NCBI GenBank assembly: GCA_030265395.1
Contig: JARFYF010000054.1
Coordinates: 22,984,169-23,048,168, forward strand
Source: Rhina ancylostomus
Lineage: Eukaryota
Direction of reading: 5' to 3'
DNA: 64,000 nucleotides
The position numbers and the translations under genes were made by a program. The notes under the pieces are model-generated. The model saw only the letters and a program-made list of their open reading frames with translations. It ran no database searches and was not told where the DNA came from. Below, one piece after another: positions 35,612 to 48,848 of the stretch. Each line of letters starts with the position of its first letter. Position 1 is the first letter of the stretch.

Positions 35612-36222
35612 AGGTAGCAGTGCGTGGTTGGAGGTGCCATCTTTTAGATGAGATGTTAAACCAAAGTCCTGTCTGCTCCAAGTTGGAAGTGGAAAAACCC
35701 TGTTGCATCATTTTCAAAGAGGAATGGAAGCATTCTCCATGCTCTGGTTATTTCATCTTATTTTAAAGAAAATAATACTGGAAGCACTCAGCAGGTCAGG
35801 CTGCATCTGTGAAAAACTAAACAGAGTTGATGTTTCAGGTCAAAGACTCTTTGTCAGCATCTGCAGGTTTTTTTTATTTTTTGAAAAAAAGAGGTGAAAT
35901 GTTTCCATCTGTCTACGTAGTAGAGGCTGTGGGTTTTGGAGCTGATGTTGAAAAATCCTTTGTGAATTGATGCAGTGTGCCCCACAGAAGGTACACACTC
36001 TGGCCATGGTGTCTCAATAAGGAAGACGGGATGTTTTGGTGGAGGGTTGACTGTCAATTGAGTGGGTCATTTTGCCTTGCAGGGAGTCTTTTAATTAAAA
36101 AGAAATAACACTATCTGTTCATTGATAGATTTTACATTGCAAAATTTGGTTGTTATCTACATAACAACTGCAATTTCACTTTAAGAATACTTTGATTTTA
36201 TAAAGCACTTTGAGACATCCTG
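35612..36222 (+). mobile_element. DeuSINE split by later insertions (Penelope-like piece at about 35765-35850)
   Basis: ttggaggtgccatcttttagatgagatgttaaaccaaagtcctgtctgc (Deu domain), with tail taaagcactttgagacatcctg at about 36200. Confidence 0.7.
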
Positions 36223-38129
36223 TGAAGGGATGTTAATGGACCTTTTTAAGGACCACTCTGTCTGTCTGAATGCAATGCACCCATCACCCATATGTACACA
36301 TTCTAGCTGTAGTCACCAGGAACAATCTGGGACTTCAGTGCAGGCTGCTTAATCCACTGTAATGGAGAGTGTTTCTCAACTGTGGTCACCAGTTTAGCAT
36401 ATTACCAGATGTTGAACCAGTTACCTTGTTGCTGTATATCACACACTCACATTGTCGTCAAACAGAGTTACCCAAGTTGGTAAAACTTTCAACAATATTT
36501 CTGTTTTGTCATATTAAGGTTGTAAGGCATCACTTGCTAAGATAACATTTAGTTTCAGTATTAGTTAGCAGTCTGAACTAGATTCATATTGATGATTTAG
36601 TGTATTAATTGCTTTACAGAGGTAGGGTCACTACGTCCAAACTCAAACAGTTTGGCTGTTTAAGATGTTCCCTGCTTGTGACAACGGTTTTGTATGGTGA
36701 CTGGCTTTGTCAGGTGGATGGTTGGTTGTGAACTTATATAAATAAAGGTTAGTGGTACTTGGATTAGTGGCACTGACAGACAGCTTGATAGTTCAACTCC
36801 AATATGGTGGACATAAGATTCACAGAAGAGCAAGTGTAATGCCTTTTCTTCTTTCTTCCTGTCCTTTTTTCTCTGCTGCATCTGAAGTTCCCTTGTAGAC
36901 TTTTTCCCTCTTGTCTATAATGATCCTAACCACCAGTAGGTGACCATCTGACTTTTGGAGGTGGGGTATCGAGTTCTAGCCCCCATTAGAGCTCTGAGGC
37001 TTTGGTGACCTGTTAGACTCAGAAGGCAATGGTTCACCAATTTTGTTTAGGAACTAACACAGAAAGAAACTGCCTCCTTAAGGGGTAAAAGTGATGAAAG
37101 TTCCCTGTGCCTCCTTTATTAACCTGTTTTTTTTTCATCCCAACTGCTGAACTTGCTGCTGCATTTTAAACATTCTCATTTATAGAATGTTGAAACACAA
37201 AACTAAAATTGGCTGGTGGTGGTGATGCACACAAACATTTTGCATGTTTGTAAGATATTTCTCTATTCATTGCTTTAGCAGAGGTTTACTGTAAGTAGAT
37301 TGTCTCCATAACTAAAATGTTAAATTGAGGAATGTCACATAAATGCATTAATCTCCAAAGGGGTGGAAGAAAAACATTCTACTGGAGAGCAAGCCATGAT
37401 GCACACTGAGTTCTCTTATAAGAATCATACTTACGCAATCTTTGCTTGTAATTGTTCCACCAATTTCAATCAGATTCAGGCTTTGATACAAAGTACCTCA
37501 CACTTTCCACATACTCAACCCACACAGTCATTGTTTATGTCCAAGGGTAAATGACGAATGTCAGTATCAATGACCATATGAGTCATAAATGACAAGACTG
37601 AGAGTATCTTGATCCAGTGATCACACAGGTACACACACTACCAGTGATGATCAGCATCAAACCCAGAGCACAGAACAAAGAGGAGCGATGAAATTTGCGG
37701 AGGCTTCCAAACATTGCCGACAGTGGGGAAACCAACTGATGAAGAATCCACACTTAGCGGAGAGAAATTTGATTCGGTGACTGCAGACTCTAATCCTTTG
37801 CCTGTCTATTTTCAATAGATGGACAGTGTCAGTGTGTTATTCTTGGATCTTCAGAAAATCCTTGAAATTTCCCACTTTACTGCGGAACCCAGGTGGTCAG
37901 ACCCTAAAGGAAGGATCTAGCTAAAGGGAGGAAGTGAGTGCTTGTTTGGGGATGGAGAGGGGAAGCAGTGAGTGGAATGGTTGCAGAGGACTATACTGTT
38001 GGAAATATTGTTCAGTTAGTGACTTTTTTCCAGAGCTATACTTTTTTTTACATACATTTGGGACATGACATTTTCTACATTCACTATACCACACAATAGA
38101 TTCAATGATAATTTATTAACATCCCAGTG

Positions 38130-38870
38130 TTTCATCCCCCATTGTCGCAGCAGTGAATCATTTGAGAGGCTGCGACACAGGGCTCAATCCTTTAGTATCC
38201 AATAGCAGCAGAACCCTAGGCTATGGTCTTTCCTCACAGAGCCATTGCAATGGATGCACTGAGCTTCAGTGCATCTTTCAGCATGTACTGCTGCACCTTA
38301 GGATATGCCAGTCACACCATTCAGTTGCAGATATTTTCGTGCATTGGAACACCAATGAGTATCTGGCAGGGAAAGTACATCTTTCTCTGGGCTAATGATC
38401 TTTCAGGAACAATTGTGTTTGTCTCAGTATGTGTCCCTGAGAACAACCAGAGCACAGAATCATGTGTTACACAGTAGTCTAGGATGAGGCTCAATAAAGG
38501 TCACTGCATCTCTTCCCAAACCTTGATGAATATACAGTCCACATGGAGGCGCATGATGGTCTTGACCTCGAGGGTAGCATGCGATGGGATTGAGACTGGC
38601 TGTGCAAGAAGGATCTGACAGTGAGAGCCCTTCTTGCTTCAGCAGTGGGAGGTCTTGGTGCCTGCTTGAGATATCTGGTGAAGAGGCATTCTGCCGATTG
38701 GCTTTGACAGTATGTTCAGGAAACCAACTGACAGAATCCGCTGTTTCCTTCTCCCGTGGGACTGCCAGGATATACCAAGCAAACTACTACCTGATTGACT
38801 TGTGATCAAAGTTGTTTTTCTGCAGAAATCTTTGCTTGAGGAGCAGGTGGTACAGCATAACCCAACTGAA
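38130..38870 (+). mobile_element. PIF/Harbinger (HARBI1-like) transposase relic
   Basis: Frameshifted motifs in the expected order: DALSFSAS..ICQS..GKYIF (cf. ALNFFASGS..GISQS..GQYI.F), EAHDG (cf. GSAHD), DWLCKKD (cf. GWLLGDKG), IRCF (cf. FRCL), NLCLRSR (cf. HNLALRRG). Confidence 0.55.
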
Positions 38871-39269
38871 TGGAACGCTGCATGGCAACGAGGCTAGGTC
38901 CATCCTTTACAACCCTGGGACAGGTAGAACCTCAGCGTCTAGGCTCCATGCAGCCACACACAAAGATGACCATCAGGATGGGGGCTGCACTGGGTACATT
39001 TTTCTCCCAACCACCCCCTCCGCCAGTTTTACTTGGGGCCTACACATCATATCACTATAGACATCATCCATTCTGGATAGCCAAATGAAATGCAAAAGGC
39101 TTGGGTACCTGTTGCAGTGCTGGAGCGGGTTAGGACACACTTGTCATGTACAGTAACACTGAGAGCACCTTGCATCTGATGACCAGATTCTTTCTCTTGG
39201 TTAATGGTTTAGAAATTCAAAGTGTGCTGGTTCAGCCTGTAGACTGTTACTCAAAGCACACAAGTTGGA

Positions 39270-39372
39270 GATAAGATATCTTTATTTGCATCGAAACACA
39301 CAATGAAATGCACCTTATGCATGGAGTGTTCTGGGGGCAGCCCACAAGTGTTGCCACACTTCCGGTGCCAAC
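39270..39372 (-). mobile_element. 3' end of the V-SINE family seen at 7150
   Basis: gatatctttatt..catcgaaacacacaatgaaatgca..gagtgttctgggggcagcccacaagtgttgccacacttccggtgccaac matches my recollection of the reverse tail of this batoid SINE. Confidence 0.75.
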
Positions 39373-41428
39373 TTACAGAACATCTTGCCAGTAAAAATGA
39401 ATGATCATCCAGATAGGCTGGTTCAAGTGCAGAATGAAAATACAATAAAAATGGACTGAATGGCCAGCTTGACCTCTATCTAAGATGATGTTATGACGTT
39501 ATAACTTTGTGAATGTTTGGATAGGTATTACACATGGAAACCCTGTGGAGAACTTCAGTGCCTCTGGTCTCTAATTTAGCTGAAATAATCTGGCTCCATA
39601 CAGTCTGGTGTTGAATCTGGGTGATTTTTGTGTGGCTTAGTGCATGCCAGGGCAAGCAGAGGCAACAGCCAGAAGAACTATGATAAATTTGCAGAATGAT
39701 GCACAAAAATGCCAAAAATACACATCTTTAAAAGTCAGATGGCAGATGTTCTGTTTGCTATAACCCAATGACATTCCAGCACTCAGTTGTGACTACAGTT
39801 AGATCAGTCTGACCCCAGTAGTTGCATCGACAAAATCTGTCTTGCAAAAATCTACGCTGAATACAGCAGCAAAACCCCTTCACGGGGAATATCTGAGAGC
39901 TGGGAACTTTGATCTCCATCAGAACAGTTCAAACTTAATGGTCTTGATGTTGTGAGGGAAAAATAAAACTGACTTTTTACCAGAGGCAAGAAGTTTGGAG
40001 CTGGCAACCAAAGACATCTCGACATTGAAGGATGGCCTCCCTTCCTTTGGGCAAAAATAATAGCATTTGCCTGCTGAACTCTGCAAAGAACTTTTGGCTC
40101 AAAAGATAAACTAAGCTTGACCCAAGGGCTGGATTAACAACCTGCCACTTGTAATATTGAAGGCTAGGAGGGCAGCTTTTAACGGACCCAATGGTATGTT
40201 ATGGCAACAAAGAGAAAAGTGGTTCAACTTTAGTAATACTGGTTAAAAGGACAAAACCATTGCTTTCCCTGGATAGGGATCAAGGAAGCTGATGCACTGC
40301 CATGACTGTAATGCAATATCGACCCCATTCCGCGTCGAGCAAGCAGTCCAATTTAGAGCAGTACTCACACATGGGGAAGTGTAAATCATCCCTGTTAGAC
40401 TGACATAAGCGTGGATGTATGTCCAGACACCTCTTTCGGAGGAAATGGAGTATAGTATAAGTATTGTTCTTAATGGTAACAGAATCCTTGACTTGGGTCT
40501 GGAGGCTATTAAATTGCCTCAGTAGGGTCTAAAGAACACCAAGACAAGCTGACTGTTTGCCATTCTCAGTGTAGTTAAAATAAACAGCTCTGAGCTGCAG
40601 AGACGAGGCGTCGTGTCCCACTGCAAATTGAGCAATCATTCAAAGAGTTGATTATAGTCCCGCAGTCCATCAAGCTATGCACACCACAGCAGATTGCCAT
40701 CTCCAGTGACAGTCTTTAGAGGAAGGCCCTTGATGACTGTGTGAAATTCTAATACCAAGCAAAGCTTTTTATCTCATTTAGCTGAGGCTGTACCTTCAGC
40801 TTTTTAAATATCTTGGACACAACAAAAAGCAAGAAAAAGAACCCAGTTAGAGCTGAATTTTATCGGAGCATATTTTTTTTCCGGATTGTTTGACAAGCAA
40901 TGGTGCCAATGTGCTGGTTCAAGCTGTTACTGTGTTGATTGCAGCAAGTCAATTATGCACACCTCCTAACTAAGCTGAAGATCAGATATATATTGATGCT
41001 GGCCTGGGGAATTTTTGGGATGTTATCCGACACCACATGGGAGGAAGGCAAACAACTTAGGAAATGCTGTAAATTTCATGCCTGGAGCCTCATTTGAATT
41101 GAATAAACTCGCAGGACAAGATTTTTATGCTCTTAGGATTCTTACCAATAGAGCAGTGAAGACTAACACTGTGCCCACTGTGGAGTGATATTGGTTTCTG
41201 TAATGTGTGTGGTCCGTGGCAGAAAGTTCACTGTGTTCTGAAGAAGTAAGTAATCTAAATAAATCATTATCTTTAGATGCGAAGTGCTGAAGCAATTGTC
41301 AAGCATTTTGTTTCTATAATAAAGTAGAATTTCATATGAAGCAATCATATCGTTATTAGTAATACTTGTGAGCTGTATCTTTGGTTACACTTAAATATTA
41401 TGAGTAAAGAATAGTGTAAGTGGTGGTC

Positions 41429-41483
41429 TTAAAGAGTACATACACCCAAGTTTCCCTTGCAAAACTGGGTGTATGTAGTCTTT
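41429..41483. repeat. Short inverted repeat / hairpin (21-bp stem, 8-nt loop)
   Basis: aaagagtacatacacccaagttt-cccttgca-aaactgggtgtatgtagtcttt, with one G/G mismatch and one A bulge. Confidence 0.9.
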
Positions 41484-42749
41484 GGTATCTCACATAATTG
41501 AAATTTCAATTTGTATTCCAAATGAACAAAAGCATTTACTTAAGTATAAAAAAATCTTTAGCCTTCCATTTTTAATATATTTAAATTTAGTTTTGAAATG
41601 TCCCCAGCTTGAGTGGCTACTTTCAAGTTCTTGTTCTGAAGAATCAATCTTTCTGTCAATTGCATTTGCTGTGAAGACAGGCATATTTTCTGATTGTCGA
41701 GTTCAGACCCTCTCACCAGGAAAGACGTTTACAAATGCCCCAGTGCTAAACATGCATTGCCACTCCATCTAAGTTGTGGTTTTGTGCAGACACTGCACTG
41801 TTTGTGATGGGAGCAATTTTCTGATCTGAAAAACATGAAACATTTTAAATTGGAAGACGACATTGTTCTCACCCAACTGTTGGCATTTTCTGTATTTGGA
41901 GCTGAGTTAGTTTTCACAGATCGCTTTGATTGTTCTTTTTTCTCTGCCATGGCTGTTCACATAGTTGGTGTGTACTTGATAGAAAACCAAATAGTCAGTT
42001 TTGATATCTGCTTTTCAACATTGATTCCTCTCTAACCATGTTTTTTTTAAGTATTCAAATCCCCACAAGATACTTTGAGACATCAGACTTAAGTAGTTCC
42101 AATAAATCATGCTAGTTAGGTGGTCTCTAATGAAGCTAAACTGTTTTCTGTCTCATTCCAATTGATCAGGCCATGCAGAATTGAGCTGAGTTTGTACTTT
42201 CTAAGATGCCAGCACAGTTTCATCATTCATTAAACCAAAATGTTTCATTGTATCTGATTGCAAAGAGTGGGGCAATCCGTGAATTTGAGCTTAATTTGTG
42301 GTGCCGAGGCTACTGTTACATCTGATACTTGGACAGCCTGATCATTAGTAGTAAGTTGTTCCTTTCCAGTGCTTTTCCCTCTTTGCCCCTCCTGTTTTAT
42401 TTTGGAACATGGTTGCTCTGTTTCTGTGGGTTGACGTGCACGAGTGAGCTACAACACCCTGTGTAATTGTATATATTTTGACAAGTAGACAATTCTAGTC
42501 ACATCAAGCAGTGAGAGCAGTTTTATTTATTGACTCGAGTCTGACGAGAGCATGTCCTTTTCACAGAATGAATGATAGAGAGTCATTTGTTGAAAGAATG
42601 CAGGCGCATTGTGTAAAACAAACTCAGCAGTCATTATATGATTGCTAGAAAAGTTGTGTTCAAGACTTTTGTTACAAGGGCTTTCAGTAAATTATTTTAG
42701 AAATTAAATCACTGGAACCTTTCCATGAATGGCTCTTAATTTTTTCAGT

Positions 42750-43050
42750 TTTTGGGTCCTGAATGTCACTGGCAAGACTGGCATTTAATTGCCCATCCTT
42801 AATTGCCCTTGAACATTCTAGGCTGTTTCATAGGCCTTTGGAGAGTCAATAACATTGGTAATCTGGAGCCACGTGTAGCCATACCCAAGTAGAATGGCCG
42901 ATTTCATTAGTGAAGCAGACAATCCAGTTAATTATTATTATTCTGAAATTAAATTCAGCAGCTTCCATGGTGAGATTTGAACTTAGTTTTCCAGGTTGTT
43001 TGTCAGGGCTTCTTGGTTAGTAGTTGGATAATTTAACCATTGAGCCATCA
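42750..43050 (-). mobile_element. tRNA-SINE with CR1-type tail (family of 27225)
   Basis: ctggcaagactggcatttaattgcccatccttaattgcccttga..gagagtcaa..ccatggtgagatttgaact (reverse B-box). Confidence 0.82.
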
Positions 43051-45624
43051 CTATACCCATAAGGGGTGTATTGTAGCATCTTTATTGCTGAATAGTTTAG
43101 ACCCTCCAACTCAATAAGATCCCGTCAGTGCATTTACCAAAAAAAAATCTGTTGAGCATTGCTTTTAATATTTAAACAAATTAGACACTCCCTACCCTGC
43201 AGGGGGAAAGGAAGTGCATTACATTTGTGTTTTTAATATGGAAATTCGATATCAGACCTCAACAGACTCAACTTTGAATCTTGCAGCTTATAAGATTTGC
43301 CTTGATATTTTGATAGATCTCTTTCTTGTTCTGTGTTCTGAGGGCTGTAATGTCACCAGGGAAGAGATGAATATATTTTCTAGTGATGGCACAGTGCATC
43401 TCAAAGCTTTTTGGATTGGGAAACACCAATACTTTCAGCAATGACAAACAAGTGAAGCTCCAAGACTGAGGGAGTCTCCCGCTGTGTACTTGGCAATTTA
43501 GAGATTAACAACAATTATTTATGCACTGACTATAACAGTGCAAGGCTTCAAAGCTGTAAAAGGAGGAAGCAGTCATTTAGTTAGCAATGAATGAATTTGA
43601 GTATGTTATTTATGACAAATATATTCAAATTATATTTCTGAAAATCCAGTTTATCATTTGCTGGTCAGATAACCAAATATCCCTGTGTTATTTAAATTGA
43701 CATTGAATAATATTCAGTTCAGCTAATCCATTAACTTGCTGTGAACAGTTTATTCTCCTCTGATATTATACATGTGGATTTAGTAACAAATGCAGTGTTT
43801 TGGAGAGGTGGATAAGAAAGGAAGGACAGTTTGACAGTAGTCAAGTATACTGTATTTTTATATGTAATCCATTGGTCTGCCGTGGCAGTGGAATACACAG
43901 GATCCAGCAGTGTATAAGAATGGAAATATTACTGGAGCTGAAAGATAAGGTCATTTAATTGATGTTGCCTTTGAGTGAGGCTATGGCATTTAAGTTAAGG
44001 AGGTCTCTTCTCATCATCTCATTCCACTCTTTGGTCTTTAGAAATCAGTCTGTTTGAGATGTTACCTCAGTCTCCACCATAGAAAGAACTTTACTGTAGA
44101 TACTTCTGAAGTTTCTTACAGAAGTTAATCTAAAGTGAAGCACTTGTGGGATAATCAGTGGTGTTGTATTTTTCTCTGAAGATCGTAGTGTTTCCAAAAA
44201 TAACCGTGTAAGAAATTGTTGTGTTCTCTGTGTTCCCGAGTGTATCCCACATTCCAAAATCAGCCACTTGCCTCCAGGTACCTCCTGCTTGGTAGATTTT
44301 CAGCATTGGGTCAGGACCCTCGCTGGGACGTGTGTTATGAATGTTTTGTTGTAGGTGTCTGGGGCTTGTAGTTCTTCCACCTAGGTTGGCTGCTTTTTAT
44401 GATTCTCTACTTAACCTTGGTAAGTCTGAGAGTCCCAGGGATCATTGCCCCAGTACACATCTGGTCACCACCAATTCCACTTGTTATCAAAGAGAAGGAG
44501 TGACGGATATGAAATAGTTAAAATGCAGGGAAGAAGATGGATGTGTTACCAGTGGATGACTAGGTTGAAAGGGTGCAAAATATAAAATAATGTGGAGTAG
44601 AATTTAGCCACTATGGAAATTTTATTAAAATGAACTATGTACAATTCACAAAACTATAATAGTTCACNNNNNNNNNNNNNNNNNNNNNNNNNNNNNNNNN
44701 NNNNNNNNNNNNNNNNNNNNNNNNNNNNNNNNNNNNNNNNNNNNNNNNNNNNNNNNNNNNNNNNNNNNNNNNNNNNNNNNNNNNNNNNNNNNNNNNNNNN
44801 NNNNNNNNNNNNNNNNNNNNNNNNNNNNNNNCCTAATGTTTTGTTGTAGTTCCCAGAATATTATTTCTGCTCCTCTGAATCTTCAAGCAATCCTGTGGAT
44901 TAAAGAACCAATTGTGTTGCCAATGCCTCTTCTAGTCTTAGTTCCAATCACTGCTTCCCTTTCAGGCTAAGGGAGCACATTGGGCCCATTGATGTCAGCA
45001 GAGGCCAATCTGCCTCTCTGGCCAAGTCTAGAAACAAAGACATGAGCAGTGGTGAAAGGTGAGGAGAGTTTTCACCTTTCGGCACCAGTTCTTCCTGTGG
45101 TGAACGGCAGTGAGCAGGGGGCTCCCATGAGCCACTGAAGAATGTGAATCTTTCGACTATGTTTCATACAGAAATATTGCAGCTCTTTTTGGAAAGAAGG
45201 CCTTTAGGGAACACCTGCTCTCTTGATGAAAGAGTTGGGAGTATTTTTGGCTGATCAACAGCGGCATATTGAAAGCTGAGTAATTCATTCTTGCAGAATG
45301 TCTCTCATTACCAGGGCCTTTATTTACTAATCTGGTTTACTACCTTCAAATCTTGCCAAGTTGAAAGCCAGTGCATATAGAGAGCCTTTGAATACTGCCG
45401 GTGTGTACTGCAAGTCTGGGAAACAGCCTTTGGTAAGAGTCTACAACTTTGTTGCTAACTTCTGCAATTTGTGTAAATACCCCTGTTTTCCTTTTCTCTG
45501 GCTGTCTCCAAGTTTGTCGACTTCCCCATGCGCGCAACTTCCTTCGCAGATCTTTTTCTCACTACAATTGGTCTGCACTCTCAAGCCGATTTCACAGTCA
45601 CTCTGTAAATTACCTTCCAAGGTC

Positions 45625-45965
45625 TGAGCAGCAGATTGGCACAGCTGTTAGACTGCTGCTTCACCGTCCCAGTGAATCAGAGCCTGACTTCTGGACGCTG
45701 TCTGCGTGGAAGTTGCATGTTCTCCCTGTGACTGGGTGCGTTTCCTCCAGGCGCTCTGGTTTCCTGCTGCATCCCAAACGTATGCAGGCTGATTGGTTAA
45801 TTGGCCAGTATAAATGCCTCTGCTGTAGAAGTGAGTGGTAAAATCTGGAGGGTGGTGATGAGAATGTGGGGAGAATAGGTTACAGGGAAAATTACTGGGG
45901 AATGGAATTGATCTGTGAGCCGGCATTGACTCGATGGGCTGAAATGCCCCACTGTGTTGTCAAGA
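45625..45965 (+). mobile_element. HE1-like V-SINE
   Basis: gctgtctgcgtggaagttgcatgttctccctgtgactgggtgcgtttcctccaggcgctctggtttcct V-domain, tail gatgggctgaaatg. Confidence 0.88.
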
Positions 45966-46711
45966 ACTATGGTATGTGGAGCATTGTGTTTAGTTCTTTT
46001 CTAGTTCGCAATAGATGTTTGGGCTTTCTCTTTGGCTACTTTGAAATCTTCCCTGTTACTTTAGTGAAAAGATTGCCTTTTCAGAGTGGGCAATGTTTGA
46101 GTTAAACCTGTCTCTACCTTCATAAACCTACTGCAGGGATTTTGTTGAGGTTACACACAGCTTGATTTTGTTAATAGCACAGTGATGAATGATTGAGTCT
46201 TGAAAAGCAAAGGAAAACTGTTACATGTCCTTGACACTTGTGTTCTNNNNNNNNNNNNNNNNNNNNNNNNNNNNNNNNNNNNNNNNNNNNNNNNNNNNNN
46301 NNNNNNNNNNNNNNNNNNNNNNNNNNNNNNNNNNNNNNNNNNNNNNGCATTTGAGTGAGACGAAGTGTGGCTGTCAAAAACAATGTTTTCTCAGCATTTC
46401 AGTGCAAGTAGTAGGAAGTTGCCGGTCACGTACTCTGCACATGTCTAATTGGCCACAAGTGTGATCTGATGGCAGGAGGGCAAGATTGGCTCTCCATTGG
46501 TTCGTGCAATTGGATACTAATCGCAGCACATGTCAGCATCAAAATGTTCAAAAAATCTCTTCTTTTAAATTTGAATATATACCTGCTGACATCCCAAACC
46601 TCATTATATAGGTATTCCTCATTTAGTGAAAAGGATGTGTTGCTGGAAAATGTTTTGTCAAGTGAAATGTTCTAAATTGAAAAGTTTGGGCACAAAGGCA
46701 TCATTGGTATA

Positions 46712-47007
46712 GTCAGAGTCGATTTCCCAGGGTGGAAATGTCAGTTACTAGAGGGCATAGATTTAAGGTGAGAGGGGGAAAGTTTAACGGAGATTTGCGA
46801 GGCAAGTTTTTTTTTCACACTGAGTATGGTCAATGCCTGGAGCATGCCGCCAGGAGAGGTGTTGGAAACAGATACAATAGCAACATTTAAGAAGCATGTA
46901 GACAGGCACGTGAGTAGGCAGGGGATAGAGGGATAGAGACCACAGGCGGGCAGATGGGATTAGTTTAAATTGATATCATGGTCAGCACAGACATCATGGG
47001 CTGAAGG
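46712..47007 (+). mobile_element. CR1 LINE 3' end running into a gap
   Basis: actagagggcatagatttaaggtgagagggggaaagttt (TRGHRFKVRGGKF)..catgggctgaagg. Confidence 0.92.
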
Positions 47008-48739
47008 NNNNNNNNNNNNNNNNNNNNNNNNNNNNNNNNNNNNNNNNNNNNNNNNNNNNNNNNNNNNNNNNNNNNNNNNNNNNNNNNAAACATAGATTTA
47101 TAAATCAGAATCACATACCCCAAAGAGTCAATGAGCTTATTAGCAAGAACTTGTAAATGAAATATTTGTAAATTGAGGAAGACATGTCTCCTGCTGTTAA
47201 TTTTTGAGTTTGCTTTTTTTCAAGTATACATTGCTGCCTTGCATTTATGTTGGGAAGTTGAGGAGACCAGATCATTTTTCAGACGTGGGATTAGAAGCAT
47301 TCATTGAAATTGGCAGAATGTCGAGGGGAATGTCGAGATTTTGTCCCTGTAGTTTGTGTTGCCAGTTAGGACAGGTTTGGAAGCCAATGATGGAGGTATC
47401 AATGTGGGAATGAAAGGCAAACTTACACTGGCAAACCACCAGGAGGACAGGGATGGAAGGGTTGTGGGGATGGGGAAAAGTGTTATTAGTGGCTTCTGAT
47501 TATAGCTCAAACAAAAATAAGAGATGATCTCAGTAACTCTATCACTCATGGTTCTGCAATCGGAATGGATAGTATGGAATCCAGGAGTGGAATCTTTAAG
47601 AGAAGTGATGGCTCTTGTAAGATGAACATCATAATAATGGAGGTTTTGTTAGAACTTGCCTTTAGTTATATTTGGGAATTACAGGGAAACCATCATCGAT
47701 AAAGTATTCCAATGAACAATGAATGCTTTTCTTGAAGTTGGTTTTAGAGATCTTGCATAAATGGATGCATTTTTGTGTTTTTTGACAGGATTCCAGATTT
47801 AAAGTGGAATTTCTATCGGTCCAGCCATGCAGTGCTGTGTGTATTGGGTTGATTTTAAATTCAATTGACTTCAGCAATGAGTTTTCTAAGATTAAAGTCT
47901 GATTTTAATAGATTAGGGAGACACAAAAGAGTAAAATTATAATGTGGTCAGAGCAGTTATTGAAACAAATACATATTGTTCTGGCAGAATTCTTAAGGGT
48001 GAGGTGTTGAAAAGCAGGAGAGAATGGAGTGTCTGAGACTGCAGCTGGAAGAGAGCCAACCTCATTGCCACAAGAGATTGCCTGTTTAAAGTGTTTTATT
48101 ATATGTATGTGAACACTAGCTCTGTGATGTCTGGAAGGAATATTTTCATTTGGGTGAAATATTAGTGGTATTTTCAATCAAATGAAAATATTAGTTCACG
48201 TTCTGGCCATGTGTGGCAGAGAATGTGCTACAAACAACTGGTATCAGACTCTCTCCAAGATAATGTATATTATGTTTTAGACTTGCTGTCCTTCCATAAA
48301 ATTGCAAAAATATTTTTGCTTTTTGATTATAGCCATAATAAAATTATAAAGGTAACCACTGCAGTTCCTTTTTTTATATTTGCTTTCTCTCTAAGCTCAC
48401 ATCTCTGCCTGACCTGTGCTATTAAGATCAATTTCTTTGGGGTAAAGTAGGTCCTGCCTTTCCATTGACATACACAGCTTGTTCAACTGGTTAATATGTG
48501 TCAATAGAGAGTTAAGATTACAATTGGACGGTATGGAATCCTTTCAAGCAATCTTCCTTTGAATGTGATTGAAACTCTGCACACCACGAGTGCTGTGTTT
48601 ATCCTTTGTGATCTGCTGCCCAGTACTTACATGTAGCAATAACAACCCATTCTATTTTAACACACGTTTCAAAAGAGCATGTCCATCATCACTGCTTTGA
48701 TTTACCCTGTTGAAGAAAGCGGATAAAACAATTGATAGA

Positions 48740-48848
48740 AAAACAAAATACTTCAGATGTTGGAAATATGAAATAACAGAAAGTGCTGGAAACCCTCAGC
48801 AGGTCAGGCAACATCTGTGGAGAGTGAAATAAGAGTTAACATTTCAGG
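48740..48848. mobile_element. Penelope-like terminal repeat fragment
   Basis: cagatgttggaaatatgaaataacagaaagtgctggaaaccctcagcaggtcaggcaacatctgtggagag. Confidence 0.8.

Noticed and set aside
37736-37775. CTGATGA...GAAA hammerhead-like spacing
   Set aside because: Stem II does not close next to the core and stems I and III cannot be formed.
45050-45086. Hairpin GAAAGGTGA...TCACCTTTC resembling an intrinsic terminator
   Set aside because: Vertebrate intron context; a 9-bp stem probably within a decayed repeat.
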